IMG/VR virus record: IMGVR_UViG_3300030060_000981
Location: 1 to 64,000 of that record
Direction: 5' to 3' (one strand)
Source: an uncultured virus (IMG/VR IMGVR_UViG_3300030060_000981)
Lineage: Duplodnaviria; Heunggongvirae; Uroviricota; Caudoviricetes
DNA: 64,000 nt
Positions 28,401-41,200 of the stretch are shown here, piece by piece. The translations under genes were made by a program, and so were the position numbers. The number at the start of each line of letters is the position of its first letter. Position 1 is the stretch's first letter. The notes under the pieces were generated by a model. It did not search any database. It was not told the origin of the DNA and was given only the letters and a program-made list of their open reading frames with translations.

Positions 28401-31400
28401 TTCTACCCAAATACTTAACATAAAGACCAGAAGTGAGATCACTTATCTGTTCATCTTGAGTTGGTCCTGAAGCATTTGCACCAGAAGCAATACTATTCGT
28501 AACCATTGATGCAACACCATCATTAACTTCTAATGTTGGGTTATTTGGATTAGTTGCACCTGAATAATCATAATGTGCCAATTCAGATGGAGTAATAGGT
28601 GAGTAAACATTTACACCAGTATTAGCATCAGCATCCTGATCATAGTTTGTTGAGATCTGTTGAACAACTGATACATTATTGGATTGACCAGCAACTATAG
28701 TATCACTTGTATCAGCATATGTGATTACAATCTGAGCACCACCACCATCAACAACTGTTACTTCACCAGTCTCATCATTATATACAGGATTTCCATTATC
28801 ATCTAATAAAATCTTATCATCCCAATCTAAATCAGTGACTCCTTTAACAGTTACTTCACCTGGAGTATAATCTCCACCAATATCAATTGTAGATGTTGCA
28901 GTGCTGGTTGTTGAAGTAGTTGTTCCTCTTATAGATTGACTTTCTACTTGAGTCTGAGTCTCAGTATGGATATTCCTAGTTGTAAGAATAGTTTCCTGTT
29001 CTTTGCTTAGTGTTCCTTGAGATTCAAATTCTGTTGTAGCATCTGTTAGAACATTACCTGCAACTTGACTATTATTCTTATTGCTGGTAAGTCTAAAGAC
29101 TTTCATACCAGTTTCAAATGCAGGATTCGCAGCTTCATTTGGATTGGGAATAAAGACTGATCCCATAACAGAACCAATACTATCACTGAAGAGCTTTACT
29201 TCAGATACAGTTGCTTCAGCATTTGAAGTTTGACCTACCAATCTTAAACCAGTTGTAACATATCCATGATATTGTCCCTTTGCTTTTTCTGCAAGAGCCA
29301 ATGTATCCACATTCAAAATTTCAGATGTAGATGAATAATCTTCAGGAATAGTCATTGATCTATCATAAGGACTTAAAATATAAGTCTCAGATGGTGCAAC
29401 ACCGTTACCAAACTTATGGTTTTGTTGGTTGATCTTAAATGTTATTAGATCTTCACCACTAGAAGTTGTTCCTTTGACCGTTTCACCCTTCTCAAATGTT
29501 CCAGATACCATCTGTATCTGTAGAAGTTTTGGAACAACGTAAGAAGTTAGATCCTCACTATCAAAGAAAGTATAAAGCCTTGTCATAGGCTTCATCTTAG
29601 CAGCACGGAATCTAATATTCCTAGATCTCATATGAGGTATGAGAGCAGTGCTTACTACTTTATTACCTTGACTTACTGTATCAAATGTTTCTCTAGTAAG
29701 AGTTCTTGTTCCTGATCTAGTTTTCTTTCCTGTAGGAGTGCTTCTAAGAGTGGTTGTAGTTTCTTCTTGACCATATCCAAGATCAACTGTGTTTACATCT
29801 GTGCTTGCATCTGCACCTGTCCAAACTTCAGACCATGATCCCCATGTAACAGGACCAAAACCAGATCTTCCATCAGCACTAACTTGACCAGAACTTTGAG
29901 TATAAGTTGTATCCTCAATTCTTCTTGCTTCCAACATCACAACATCAGACCAGACATCGGAAGATGGTGTTAGTTGAACACTTCCAGAATAATAATTAAC
30001 AAGGTATGGAGTAACGTTTTCAACTCTTGATGCATATGGTTGTGATACAGCAACTAATTCATTATAATTTAATGATAAGACTCTATTGCTTCTCTTGATA
30101 CCATTAGTCAAAGGACTTATGACAAGATCCAATTCTGTAGTATATGGTGCTGGTCTTAGTTCTGAGTTCTTAACATCAATACTATTTTTTACAATAGTCT
30201 TCTTAAGTTGAGTCGTAGTATTGGAGAAATCATCAACAAAGAATCCAGACTTAAATCTATTAAGACCATCTGCATCTTGAATCTGTAGATTTACAGTATC
30301 ACTCTCCAAAAGAGATAATGAAGTGTAAAATTCCAAATTCTTGATTCTTCTTTCCAAATTTCTAATATCACGCATTCTATATCTCTTATGCTCAGAAAGA
30401 TTTAAATTAATTTCTGATACATCGCAAAGATAAGCTGGAACAGATGCTGATGCTATTTCTAAAGCATCATTAATATCATTTGGTAGTTCGGGAGTTTCCG
30501 CTGGAATACCTTTAATTAATTGTAAAGTACCATCCTTAGTGAGGAAAATCTTATCCCTTCTTGGAAGATAGAATGAATAATCTATAATAAATGATTGATC
30601 TGATGCTAAGATATTTGTTGCAGAGTTTCCATCTTGAGTAAATACTCTTCCTAAGAATTCAAACGGAGATCTAGTAGTTCCAGAGAAATCAGAAACCCTT
30701 GGTCTTATATCAATTATTTCACATACTTTTGTGTTATTAACTTTTGGCAAGCTACAGTAACTAAAGTCATTATATGAGTTTACAGTTGTTATATCTCCTA
30801 CATCAGAAGTCAAGAAGTATGCAGATTCAAATACAACCTTTATTTTTTTAGAAGGTTCTTTATAACCAGATTTTCTTACCAATCTAGAATAATCATATAT
30901 TGTGTCTCTTTGACCATTATCAAAATCAAACTCATCAGTAATATCAGTAGAACCTAACGTAATACCAGAAACTGTTGCAGTAATTCCAGACTCTTTAAAC
31001 TTAATAACTTCACCAGAAAGAGGTTCTATGTTGTTTAAAGCTATGTAATTTATAGTACCATCATCAACCTTTCCGATATAAACACCAACAAACTTGCTAG
31101 ATTCACCAATAAATTCTTCACCATCCAATAAATCTCCAGTCTTAGCAGTATCACTATTAATAGAGATTAAAGAAAGTCTTGGGAAAATTACATCATTAGC
31201 ATTAGATGATTCAAATACACCATAGATTTTAGTTACATCAGGAACTCCCAATGAAATTTCATCATCTTGAACTCTGGTTCCATAGATATTGCCATAAGTA
31301 AGTCCATCATTTAAGGTTGTTGCTCCAACACCAGAAGATGAATACTTAGAAGAATCTAAAGAAAGAATATTTATTTTCTGTTTTGTCTTAACTTTTTCTT

Positions 31401-33711
31401 TAACATTGATCTTTCTAAGAGTAGCAATTAGTTTTGCAGGACCAAGACCATCCAAACCATTGATTGTTAATGTCTGAGATCCATTTGTAAATACAAACTT
31501 ATCTGCACTCAAAGCTTCTGTGCTTCCGTCAGTTCTTACTAAACAATAATTTTCTTCATCATATGGTAAGAATGTTTCACTTCCACTTCCACTATTGATG
31601 GAGTTTGAAGAACCATTAGTAATGGTAACATCAAATTCCTTTCTTATTACAAGATTTGCATTAGTCAAGTCAACGTTAGATACCTTGTCTTTAGGGAGAG
31701 TAGTATATAATGTATTATCGGTAGAGAATTGATATGATGAACTTAATACCCTAAAGTCAGATGGATTTATTACTGCAGTTGGTAATGCACCATCATTCAC
31801 TCCAGTTACTGATGTGACAGCATTAATAACTAGTGAGTGTTGAGATACAGTCGCAACCTTCGCATATGATGGATCGGTTGAACCTGGATTTGTATATTGT
31901 ACAATGTTTCCAACAGTAGTAATACCAGTGAAGAACTTAGTAGCATTTGTACTTGTAACGGTAGAAATTCCACCACTGGCAGGAGTAATATTAACTTCAC
32001 CGAAAGTGGAGTGAACACTCTGTTTTACGTCAGCATTAAATGTATTAGCAGTTCCAACTGTTCCATATAATGACTTAATATCACTAGATGTATATGAAGT
32101 TGTTAATCCAATAACATTCCCTTCTTCAATGCCATTGAATATTAATTGTTCACCTTGTATGAATTTTCCATTGACGTTATATGCGGTCATTGCTGTACCA
32201 GCATTAACATCATATCTTAGATAACCAGTAGCTCCACTAGACTTACCTTTAACATGCTGTGGAAGAGTCTTAGTTACTGCAGTATTCGCAGTTATATTAG
32301 TATATGTTTGAACATCATATAGAGAAATATCCCATGTATTGACATTAGGATTTACAGCATCATATGATCCAGATTCTAAAGCAAAGTCATAAACTCTTGC
32401 CAATCCAATTTCCTTACCTGCTGCAGTTGTAGATGTTACACCAATCCTAGCATCCCTTAGACTAATAGTATAATCAGTTCCTATTCCTATCTTAGGAGAT
32501 CCATTAACTCTATTCAATCCAAAGCTTGGACCTGTATAGTAATTTAAACTCTGATTCTTTAATACTTTAGATGTTCTTGGTTTCTGAAAATCTAAGAATT
32601 GGTTTGTTGGTATATTTACCTCATAACCTTTAACATATGCCTTACCTGGAGAAATCTTATATGTTGCAAGATTCTCGGCTGGAACACTATTATTATATGT
32701 TAATTGATCTGAATTGAATATTCCCTTGTTTCCTTTATAGTCATTTAAAGTCTCTTTGGGTTGGACATTAAATGGAATAACATAATAGTCACCAGACTCA
32801 TCATATGTTCTTCTTGCAAACTCTTCTGATAACTTATTATATTCTGGGTTAATCTTTTGAGAAGCAATGACACCTTCTCTTACTTCCATCAACTCTATAA
32901 AGTTAGATGCCTGAGTAGAGTTTACATTCTTCTTAGTTAAAATTGCTCTTATTTTTAATCTATCTGCACCAGGCGCAGTATAATTATTGAATGAAGATGC
33001 ATTATCAGTTAAATCTGAATCAATATCTGAATTTATAACTTCCTCTAAAACTTCCAATCCAATTTTATATGTTGGAGTCGTGCTATAAGGTTCTAATATA
33101 ATAGACTGTTCTGGGATATCTATAAAATATCCTCTTACAAAATAAACACCTTTTGATAAAACACAACCAGATCCATAAGAAGTAGGAACAGTAGCAGTTG
33201 TTAGAGCAACTCCTTCCCCTTCTTGAATAATAACATTTTGATTGGATATTTGCCTTTCAATCAAAAGAGTCTCTGATGGTGCAAATACTGCAGTTTCTCC
33301 ATCAATGGAAGGATCCAAATACTCTACAAATAAAGTATATGGTTCACCAGGAAAAGCATTTAAGTTAAGATATGCCTTTATCTTTGCTCTTACACCAGAC
33401 TTACTTCCAACTACCCTTGCTTCTAATAAGTCATCAATATACTGGGTAACTGCTACACCAGAATAAGAAACATTAATTCTTACAACAGGATATGCATTAT
33501 TATATTTTAATCCACCACCAGTTACTGAACTACCATCTTTGAACATATGCTGTCCAAATCGTTCAACTTGGTTTTGTAGAATTGACTGTAAACCAGTTAA
33601 TTCTCTAGCCTGAACAGGAAATCCAGGTTTAAATAAAACCTTGTAATAGTTGTCAGACGGATTATAATCGTCAAAGTAAGGTGCGACGTTGAGATTAGTT
33701 TCCTGTGGCAT
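25423..33711 (-). CDS. Large virion structural protein (DUF4815/VrlC-like, baseplate-associated)
   Basis: PYFDDY, VQARELT, APGADR, ARRTYDESGDY, KSGFFVDDF, DPLAQSF motifs; follows gp8. Confidence 0.85.
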   Translation of the reverse strand: MPQETNLNVAPYFDDYNPSDNYYKVLFKPGFPVQARELTGLQSILQNQVERFGQHMFKDGSSVTGGGLKYNNAYPVVRINVSYSGVAVTQYIDDLLEARVVGSKSGVRAKIKAYLNLNAFPGEPYTLFVEYLDPSIDGETAVFAPSETLLIERQISNQNVIIQEGEGVALTTATVPTSYGSGCVLSKGVYFVRGYFIDIPEQSIILEPYSTTPTYKIGLEVLEEVINSDIDSDLTDNASSFNNYTAPGADRLKIRAILTKKNVNSTQASNFIELMEVREGVIASQKINPEYNKLSEEFARRTYDESGDYYVIPFNVQPKETLNDYKGNKGIFNSDQLTYNNSVPAENLATYKISPGKAYVKGYEVNIPTNQFLDFQKPRTSKVLKNQSLNYYTGPSFGLNRVNGSPKIGIGTDYTISLRDARIGVTSTTAAGKEIGLARVYDFALESGSYDAVNPNVNTWDISLYDVQTYTNITANTAVTKTLPQHVKGKSSGATGYLRYDVNAGTAMTAYNVNGKFIQGEQLIFNGIEEGNVIGLTTSYTSSDIKSLYGTVGTANTFNADVKQSVHSTFGEVNITPASGGISTVTSTNATKFFTGITTVGNIVQYTNPGSTDPSYAKVATVSQHSLVINAVTSVTGVNDGALPTAVINPSDFRVLSSSYQFSTDNTLYTTLPKDKVSNVDLTNANLVIRKEFDVTITNGSSNSINSGSGSETFLPYDEENYCLVRTDGSTEALSADKFVFTNGSQTLTINGLDGLGPAKLIATLRKINVKEKVKTKQKINILSLDSSKYSSSGVGATTLNDGLTYGNIYGTRVQDDEISLGVPDVTKIYGVFESSNANDVIFPRLSLISINSDTAKTGDLLDGEEFIGESSKFVGVYIGKVDDGTINYIALNNIEPLSGEVIKFKESGITATVSGITLGSTDITDEFDFDNGQRDTIYDYSRLVRKSGYKEPSKKIKVVFESAYFLTSDVGDITTVNSYNDFSYCSLPKVNNTKVCEIIDIRPRVSDFSGTTRSPFEFLGRVFTQDGNSATNILASDQSFIIDYSFYLPRRDKIFLTKDGTLQLIKGIPAETPELPNDINDALEIASASVPAYLCDVSEINLNLSEHKRYRMRDIRNLERRIKNLEFYTSLSLLESDTVNLQIQDADGLNRFKSGFFVDDFSNTTTQLKKTIVKNSIDVKNSELRPAPYTTELDLVISPLTNGIKRSNRVLSLNYNELVAVSQPYASRVENVTPYLVNYYSGSVQLTPSSDVWSDVVMLEARRIEDTTYTQSSGQVSADGRSGFGPVTWGSWSEVWTGADASTDVNTVDLGYGQEETTTTLRSTPTGKKTRSGTRTLTRETFDTVSQGNKVVSTALIPHMRSRNIRFRAAKMKPMTRLYTFFDSEDLTSYVVPKLLQIQMVSGTFEKGETVKGTTSSGEDLITFKINQQNHKFGNGVAPSETYILSPYDRSMTIPEDYSSTSEILNVDTLALAEKAKGQYHGYVTTGLRLVGQTSNAEATVSEVKLFSDSIGSVMGSVFIPNPNEAANPAFETGMKVFRLTSNKNNSQVAGNVLTDATTEFESQGTLSKEQETILTTRNIHTETQTQVESQSIRGTTTSTTSTATSTIDIGGDYTPGEVTVKGVTDLDWDDKILLDDNGNPVYNDETGEVTVVDGGGAQIVITYADTSDTIVAGQSNNVSVVQQISTNYDQDADANTGVNVYSPITPSELAHYDYSGATNPNNPTLEVNDGVASMVTNSIASGANASGPTQDEQISDLTSGLYVKYLGRRPESTGQAYWENDIKNLIAGGMSLNDAVATTENAFKTHPDVVATGVTASENAGLPEGITLSSLAIEGASLIQYGGPAGINYTDEAIGGNYEGDFVLTDEIKNDAIYHGLKTQIVGATATYNSTTGQLEIADVNDELNAAFAAVTSGSITFEEAKNNLLSIAATADGTTAAICGDDPLAQSFYVNQPEGIFVTSIDVFFGSKDETLPVVVQLRPMQLGLPTEKIYPFSEVVVDPQYVYVSEDASVATRITFDGPVYLTGGEYHSVVLLSASNNYTAWISRMGESDITSATNPELDEIVIAEQPLLGSLFKSQNGSTWNPSQYEDLKFTLFKAVFSPFSGSVNFTNPLLNVGTEQIPALNPNAFEIDSNRIRVGLGTTVVQDDLTLGNTISQLGSNATGNYVGSAGSAFGLMSITNSGIGYTGNQTYNGVSLTNITGTGSNATANISIQNGVAIAATIGAGGTGYSIGDVVTPTQIGGNKLGTNMRLSIGDIRGVNELIIDNVQGSFVAGVGKTIQFVNNAGVTSSLNSGIGGNVLLSSAPTVVTDGLHIKVNQNNHGMYSTQNTVTINNAKSDIALTKLSADYSNSDTGTITVDDASAFGTFEGVGVGTTTPGYARIGKEIFAYEGATATTLTGITTRGVDGTLSVNHYSGDTVEKYELNGISLRRINTNHNLADATVTDPIGLDYYTIKIDTSKNGVDRSASTSLPQLHFNETKSTGGKGILPTENIPFEIVTPIVENITPVGTNLTAKIRTVSGKSIGGTEVPFQDQGFEDISLISDNYMDSPRIVASRINETTSLTGLPQNKSFTLSLDMTTNNPNLSPIVDLDRIAVILTSNRVDNPITDYSSDPRTSTVVDDPNSFVYASKPVSLETPATSIKIYMTGHINVFSDIRAFYAISNDPDQELIYNPFPGYTNLLPSGEIIDPAKNNGLPDKSLPKTDILAYTSSQVVYKDYEYTIDNLASFRYFSIKLVGTSTNAAQPPRVKDLRVISLA

Positions 33712-33717
33712 GATTCT

Positions 33718-35271
33718 TTAGAATTGCAAAATGACTTTGATATCTTCCTTTTGGTTTAAAGACCTAGTGATAGCAGGTCTGTTATCAACATATATTACAT
33801 TTCCAGAGTATTTCTTAACTTCTGGATTAGCCACACCGAGGGTAAATGACTGACCAAGGTTATATGTTCTATTATTTATTGAGGTAGTATAACCAGTATA
33901 GGAAGTATCAATTCCTAAGTTGGTACTTCCACCAAAAATGGTCACAGTTCCACTAGAAGCAGGTGTTGCTGTAAACCTATGCAATTCAAATCCATAAGTA
34001 GGATCGGTTTTTAATGAACCGTCACTATTGAATCCAACGAGACTTTTATCTTGCCAGTATTTCAATACTCCAGTAGTTTGATCATATGAGATCACTCTTC
34101 CTACAGCAGTAGATCCTAACCCGACTGTTTGGGTGACAAAACTATCTGTATTAAATGTTGTTGTGCTGTATCCAGAACCAACCAATTTCAATGCATAAGC
34201 TGCACTAGCTTTATCTAAATTTAATTTTGCAACAGATCCAAAAACTTCAGGATTTTCAACTATACCAACTCTTGCTATTTGGTTGCCAGTTACAAAATCA
34301 GGGTTCTCAGTATCATTCTCAATTCTAGAATAAACTAGAACTTTATTTGCACCCAATTCACGATATACATCTGCACCATGTCCACCTTCTGGTGGAATAA
34401 TAACATTAAAAATAGGAGCAGTGCTTCCTGTAGGAACATTACCACTGACTAGATCTACAGTTCCGTATGTATAACCAGATCCACCCTTAGAAACAGTAAC
34501 TGTATCTATTTTGGAATCATTATTAATAACAACTGTACATTCACCACCAGATCCATCACCAAGAATAGGTACTCTAGTATAAGTTCTATTAGCAGTCCCT
34601 AAACCAACTCCTCTATTAACAACAGTAACTATTTTTAATTCACCACTAGTAGATGCATGATTTCTAACCGATGCATCAGAAGTATTAGTATCCCAGTCCG
34701 TTGGAACTGGCATAAAATTAGTAGAATCAAATTTTACAATATCACTTGGTTTGATAGTGTACAGATATTTCCAAATATAACCATCACCACTATCACCAGC
34801 AGATCTAGGTTCCAAATCAGTAAATGTAGGTTCATCTAGTGAAGGTCTTCCACTTGGATTCTCAGGATCAGTTCCGTTTTGCAGACAAATATAAACTTTA
34901 AAATCTTCATTTACGATATAATAATTAGCAGAATATAAATTGGTTGCACCAGATGGTTTAGATGTATTTGTTCTACTAACATCTCCTCTGTACATATCAT
35001 ATGTTGTACCAGAAATCCAAGCAGTTTTAGTAACCACTTGTCTGACATCACTAGGAGAAATCTTTTTCAAAGCAACCATCGTATCCCAATAGTCATCCTC
35101 TTGTTCAAAACTATCTTTAGGGGCTGGAGGATCCGTGTCCCAAGAAGAAGAATAATCATTTGGATTGGGAAGACCAACAAAAGAATAATATGAGTTAGTA
35201 GTAGAAGTCACACCAGAAATAAAATTTCTAGCATTCAAAATTCTAAGCTGATCAGTTATAATGGCGGACAT
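33718..35271 (-). CDS. gp8: Baseplate wedge subunit
   Basis: VYICLQNG, DGYIWKYLY, QKEDIKVILQF motifs. Confidence 0.92.
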   Translation of the reverse strand: MSAIITDQLRILNARNFISGVTSTTNSYYSFVGLPNPNDYSSSWDTDPPAPKDSFEQEDDYWDTMVALKKISPSDVRQVVTKTAWISGTTYDMYRGDVSRTNTSKPSGATNLYSANYYIVNEDFKVYICLQNGTDPENPSGRPSLDEPTFTDLEPRSAGDSGDGYIWKYLYTIKPSDIVKFDSTNFMPVPTDWDTNTSDASVRNHASTSGELKIVTVVNRGVGLGTANRTYTRVPILGDGSGGECTVVINNDSKIDTVTVSKGGSGYTYGTVDLVSGNVPTGSTAPIFNVIIPPEGGHGADVYRELGANKVLVYSRIENDTENPDFVTGNQIARVGIVENPEVFGSVAKLNLDKASAAYALKLVGSGYSTTTFNTDSFVTQTVGLGSTAVGRVISYDQTTGVLKYWQDKSLVGFNSDGSLKTDPTYGFELHRFTATPASSGTVTIFGGSTNLGIDTSYTGYTTSINNRTYNLGQSFTLGVANPEVKKYSGNVIYVDNRPAITRSLNQKEDIKVILQF

Positions 35272-35290
35272 TTGGGATTTTTTTAGTTAT

Positions 35291-38200
35291 TTATTCGTTA
35301 TAATTAGTGGATTTCAATGGAACCACTCTTTCAACAATTGGTGAAGTGGAAATGCCCAATAAACCGTTGTTGTAAGAATTGAAAACTTTATTTTTAGATC
35401 TATTATTTATGGAGATTCTTCCCCAAGAATAGTCACCAAATACTTCACTATGACCTAAACCAGTAAGTCCATTATAATTTTGAACGCTTACCGTAACTTT
35501 CGCAACGTAAGTTTGTCCTATAGCAACAGCATTTGTCTGAGCAATAGATACAGATGCTACTTCATATATATTATCCAAGAAACTGCTTCCTGAACCAACA
35601 ACAGCACCAGCACTATTTAATGAAGTAACTCCGTTGCCAATATTAGAATTGGATACCACAAAGTAATATCCTGTCTGTATACCACTTACAGTGATAGCAG
35701 TTCCTACAACATCAGAATCTCTGAATAAAGAATCACTAGGAAGTAATAGATCAAATACGATTCCAGTGGTTACACCGACAGTAGTAGTTGATACTCCAGA
35801 TATTGTACCAAAATCACCAGTATAGGAAACTTGAGTTACTTCCTCCACATATCCAGAAGTCTTAGGATCTGCTATTAGAACTACAGGTGGATTGGAAGAA
35901 GTATATCCAGTTCCAGCTACAGTTACACTAATAGAAGTAACTATACCAGCAGTGATAGAAGATGTAGCAGATGCTCTCAAACTGGATGCAGTGCTCACAG
36001 GATTTCCAATAGTTACTGATGGAACACCAGTATAACCAATACCACCATTTCCGATTACGATAGAACTGATGGTTCCTAGTCCAGAAACTACAGCAGTAGC
36101 AGAAGCAGAAACTACAGAATCTTGTGAGATGATTCTTATACTGTTATTTTTAGTCTGATTCTCTTTTGAGTTATCAAAGAATGTTCTAACATTTTCAACA
36201 AACGCAACTGTAGAACCAAGACTAAGTGGTTGAATCAAGTTAGTGTTTGGATAGATTAAAGGCTCATATAGTTCTCTATCTTTAGGTACAGGAGTTCCAT
36301 CAATGAATCTATCTTCAGTCTGTCTAGACCAAGTTACTGGTCTAATATAGGTTTCATTCTCATTTATTCCTGATCCACCGTAAGTATTTGTATCAACACT
36401 ATCAGTGGCATTTATCTTAGTAACCAGTCTATCATTTTCCCTATATTGTATTTCATCACCTGTTATCTTAATAACATCACCAACCTTAACTTGCTCTAAT
36501 ATATCAACTTCTTTTACATCGACTGCACCTGTTCCTTGATAGAATAGTAACTTAATCAAATCACCAACTTTAGGTGCTTCAGTAAATTCTATGAAACTTC
36601 CTCCATCAAAGATGTAACCGTCACCAGGAATCTGAAGGATGTCATTGATGAAGACTAATAAAGTATCTTGAACTTTAACAGGAGAACCAATTCTAGATTT
36701 GATTGTTTTTTGAACACCATTTAACTTAATAGCAAATGTTCTCTTATTTCCATCAAACAAATTACTAAAGTCATCTAGAACTAAGAAGTCACCCAAAGTC
36801 CAACCAGCAAAAGTATTGCTTTCAGTTTTTTCTATTGTAAGTTGAAACTCTTTAAATGATGCACCAAGAGTAGAATCAGTTGGTATTCCAACAGTTCCTC
36901 CCACACCTATTGATAAAACTTCTTCTTGACCATAACCAGATCCTTGATTATTGATAACGAAGTCTATGACACTACCTGCCATACCTACAACTATATCTGC
37001 AGTAGCCTCTGTTCCTACACCTGCACTTCCAGTATAAACTAATGGAATATCTGTATATGAAAGAGGAAGATCAAATATAACTTCTGGTGGATTAGTTGAA
37101 GTATATCCAGCACCAGGATTGGTGATCGCAACACTAACAACATGACCATTACTGACAGCAGCAGTACCAATAAACTCAATATTAGGAATACCAGTGCTTA
37201 GAGTTTTAACTCCAACATTAACTGTAGTTTGAATTCCAGATCTATATCCAGAACCACTATTTCCAATTGCAATAGAACTGATAGTTCCAAGACCAGAAAC
37301 AATGGCAGTAGCACCAGCAGCAACTAAAGGTTGATATCCCAATCCTTGAGTAGATCCAACTGATATAATAATTCCACCAACTGGTACAGTTGCGGTATTT
37401 GGATCAGATGATACTGAGGAAGCAGATCCAGTAAACTGAATACTTGTAATACCTGAGTTCTCAGATAGAGTATAGTTGCTAATAACATTGATAGGATCAC
37501 TATACCTAGATGGTCCTTGAGCAACCTGATTTATCAATATGATAGCATTATCCGAAGAAATGCCAGTAACATTTTGACCATTAGATTTCAAAGTAAATTC
37601 AGTGCTATATCCAGTAAATCCTGATGATATATCATCAAAGATAAAGTTCTTAGCATATGGTTCGTCAGCAGTACCAGGTACTCCAGATCTCAAGAATGAT
37701 CTTCCATTAAAGGTAGAGTGTGTTGCAATTCCTGTCCAATATACATCATCAGGACTTGCTGCAGTTGTGCTTATTGGAGTAAGTCCTTTAGGTGCAGTAT
37801 AGAAGTTAATTTCATTTCCAACGATATTATAGTTTCCATTAATCTTAGTCACCATCGCATCTGCATCATGTGCTGCAAGTTGTGTTCCCATCCAAGGTCT
37901 CTTAACTCTTAGCTTGTTAGTAGCACCAAATCCTACCATATCAACTCTCATTATCTCATCATCAATTTGCAGCAGATCTCCACCAAATATAGACGTTATT
38001 CCAGTGATTGTTATATTGTCAATATTATAATCAACATTACCAGCTAAGTTTGTAGTGACAGCACTAGCAACAACTGGAGTTTGAATTACATTATCAAGAC
38101 TTACTAAAACTTTGCTATTTGCATTTTTAGAAGTAAGAGAATGAGAAGTTCCTATTCCTACAGCAGTGATGTCTAAAATAACAGGTTTAGATTTAAGAGC

Positions 38201-41200
38201 ATCTTCTGCAGTTGCTGCAAGTTTTATATTTGAGTCATCAGACTTTACAGCAAATACAGTTGATGGAAGTTTATCAGTGGATCCTACACCAGGAATTGTT
38301 GTTGTCTTGATACCAACTGCCATAGTTGTACCAGCTCCCAAATTGGCATAAGTTAATGATTCACCAGTTACAAAGTAATGATCTGGTACAAAGATCTTAT
38401 TGTCTGTTAAATTAACAACACTCGATTGAGCACCTAAGAAGTTTCTCTTGAATATTGGTAGTTGCTTATGTTTGATTTCAAATGCACGTTTAACATCGGT
38501 TTCTGTTCCATAATACTCACCTTCACCAGTATCGATAGATGCATTAGTAAAGCTGATTAAGTTATCACTAACAGAATCATTTACAGTTCCTACTGCGTTC
38601 TGCAAGACTCTTACTTGAACATTTGCACTAGCTAAAGGTTTGAATGTAAGTTGTCTGACTCCTGCTCCAGTAATATTTCCTCCAAAGTCACCTAAGTTAC
38701 CTCCAGTCTGAACAACACCATATTCAGTGATGTACACTTCATTTTCATCATTAACAACTAAGACTTCAGATGCTTGATATTGATTATTTGTAGTATCTTC
38801 GATACTTACAAAATAGTAAGCACTTCTGTAGGCATCTGAATATTCTGCAACAACTGTCTCTACAGGAGATGTAGAAGAAGCAATAGATGTTTGACTAGAA
38901 TCTATTTGACCAGTATTGAATGTATGAGTACCAACTCCAGAAGAAGTGGTATCTGACATTGCAATTTTCAAACTATTAATATGATAACCTGTTGCAGTAG
39001 TTACACCTGCATTAGGAGTGAAACTAATATTGACATAATTGCCAGATAAAGTTGCTCCATATGTTCCAATTCCAGCAGAACCTAGAGGACTTGATGGCAT
39101 GTCAGAACTTACCTGACCATACTCCATAAGTTCAACATTAGTTCCATCATGAACCATAGTTAACTCATCTACTTCATAATATTGATATGCTGAATTAGTT
39201 GCAGCTGCAGATACAGTTATCTTTGCAGACCTGTAAGTTTTTGCTATTCCTACAATGTTTACAGCAGTAGTAACTCCCAATCCAACAGTTGAAGTAGCAC
39301 TACCAACATTAGCAATATCACCAAAATCAGTAGAACCTATACCAGCAACAGTATCAGCAATATTATAAGTTAATGTGGTTACAAAATAATCATTTGCTCT
39401 ATACTTCTTAGGATAGAATAGAAGTCTTCCTTCATCTCCTAAAATATCAAAATCAAAAGTTCCAAGATCTGCGTATGTGTATACTCCACCATATTGGTTA
39501 AGCATCGCAGTTGAACTATTATGAACCATAGAAATAATATAAACCTGTCTTTCTTCACCAAATCTAGTATCTTGAATATATGCAATAAATTTCTTATGTC
39601 TTGCAGAAGTTAATGGGAATAAGTCTACTGGAGAAAATCTATCTGTTCTTGGTAGATCGTTAAACTGAGAACTTACGTCATCAATCGATAAAACTCTGTT
39701 TCCAATGGATTCAATATAATCTTGAAGTATTTTTGTCTTAAATACAACTTCATCAGATACAACAGTGGTATCATCAACTTTTAGAGTTTTTTCTGTTACT
39801 AAGTCATAATCAGGAATAGTATTCAAACTCAACACTGAATCCAACATTGCTATTGATTCAACTGAACCTATTTGGTTGGTTCCTAAACCAACGCTTTGAT
39901 TATTTTGAGTAATATCATTTTCAATGACCAAATCACTAAATTTCTTAAATCCAGCAGTATGGTTTAATGAAGAAACTGCTTCATCCCATTTTTCTAACTG
40001 AACAGTAGATTTTAATGCATATGAGAAGTACTGATAATAATCATTATCTGATAATCTTTGTAAGTTATTATTTAACATACCTGTCTCACGTTTCCATCCT
40101 TTTGGAACAATAGAAGAAGCACCAATATCATATTGAGCATTATATGATATTCTTTCTTTTATTTTACCTTGAGTTCCTGAAGAATCTCCAGTTATAGTTT
40201 CATTTATATTAAACAATCTTGGAGATGATACTTTTAGACTACCTGACAATCCATTCCATGATTGGACAGTTCCAGTTGCTGATTTTGATGTAATTGTCTC
40301 ACCTTTCTCAAAATCATTGGTTACCATTTCTACCCCAAAGATAGGGAACCATTTCTCTGGTATTATTGTACCCGAAGAATTCTGAGCATCAAAATTGCCA
40401 GGAATATTACCATCAAAAATTGAATCTTGCAAACTGTAAGTAACACTACCAAGTGTTCCACCAATATTAGGATCTGTAGCTGTTATCTTAAATCGTTTGT
40501 AATTATAGTTTGATGAATTGTATCCTTTACCTGTAGTTCCAACTCCAACACTAACATTTTCGATTAAAACACTCTCACCAACTGCAAATGGATAATCAGC
40601 AGCACTACTAAAACTTGCACCTATGGTAACAGTTACATCTTTAGTTCCTAGATTATAATCCATAGAACTAATGCTAACTCCATTAGAGTTATTGACTGGA
40701 ATAATAGTAGGAGCATCCTTATTCAAGGAAGTTGTATTTTTAACAATTCCAACATTAGAGTTTCCTAAAGTATATTTTAAAACTACTTCTGTTACTGGCA
40801 ACTTAGTAATTCCATCCAATACAACCAAATCTGGTGCTGTAGTGTAGAAATTACCAACTGAGGTAATTCCAACCTTACTTAAAGAATAGAAAGAATCTAC
40901 AGATACGTATTGAGGAAGTAAAGCTTTAGGTTGTAAGGTTTTATCAGCAGAATATTCGTATCCAATATCTTGGATATCTACACTTTCAATACGACCAATA
41001 GTAAGACTAATAGGATCTAAAACTGCACCATAACCTTTTGATGTAGTAACACCCAAATTTGCTACTCTATCAATACCAGGAATTCTACTATATCCAAGAC
41101 CTCCATTTCTAACACCAACCAAAGCTATAGGACCACGAGCAGTTCTAGATGAGGTAAGATACTTAAATTTACCATCTGCTGGAACATAAAGAGTTTTACC

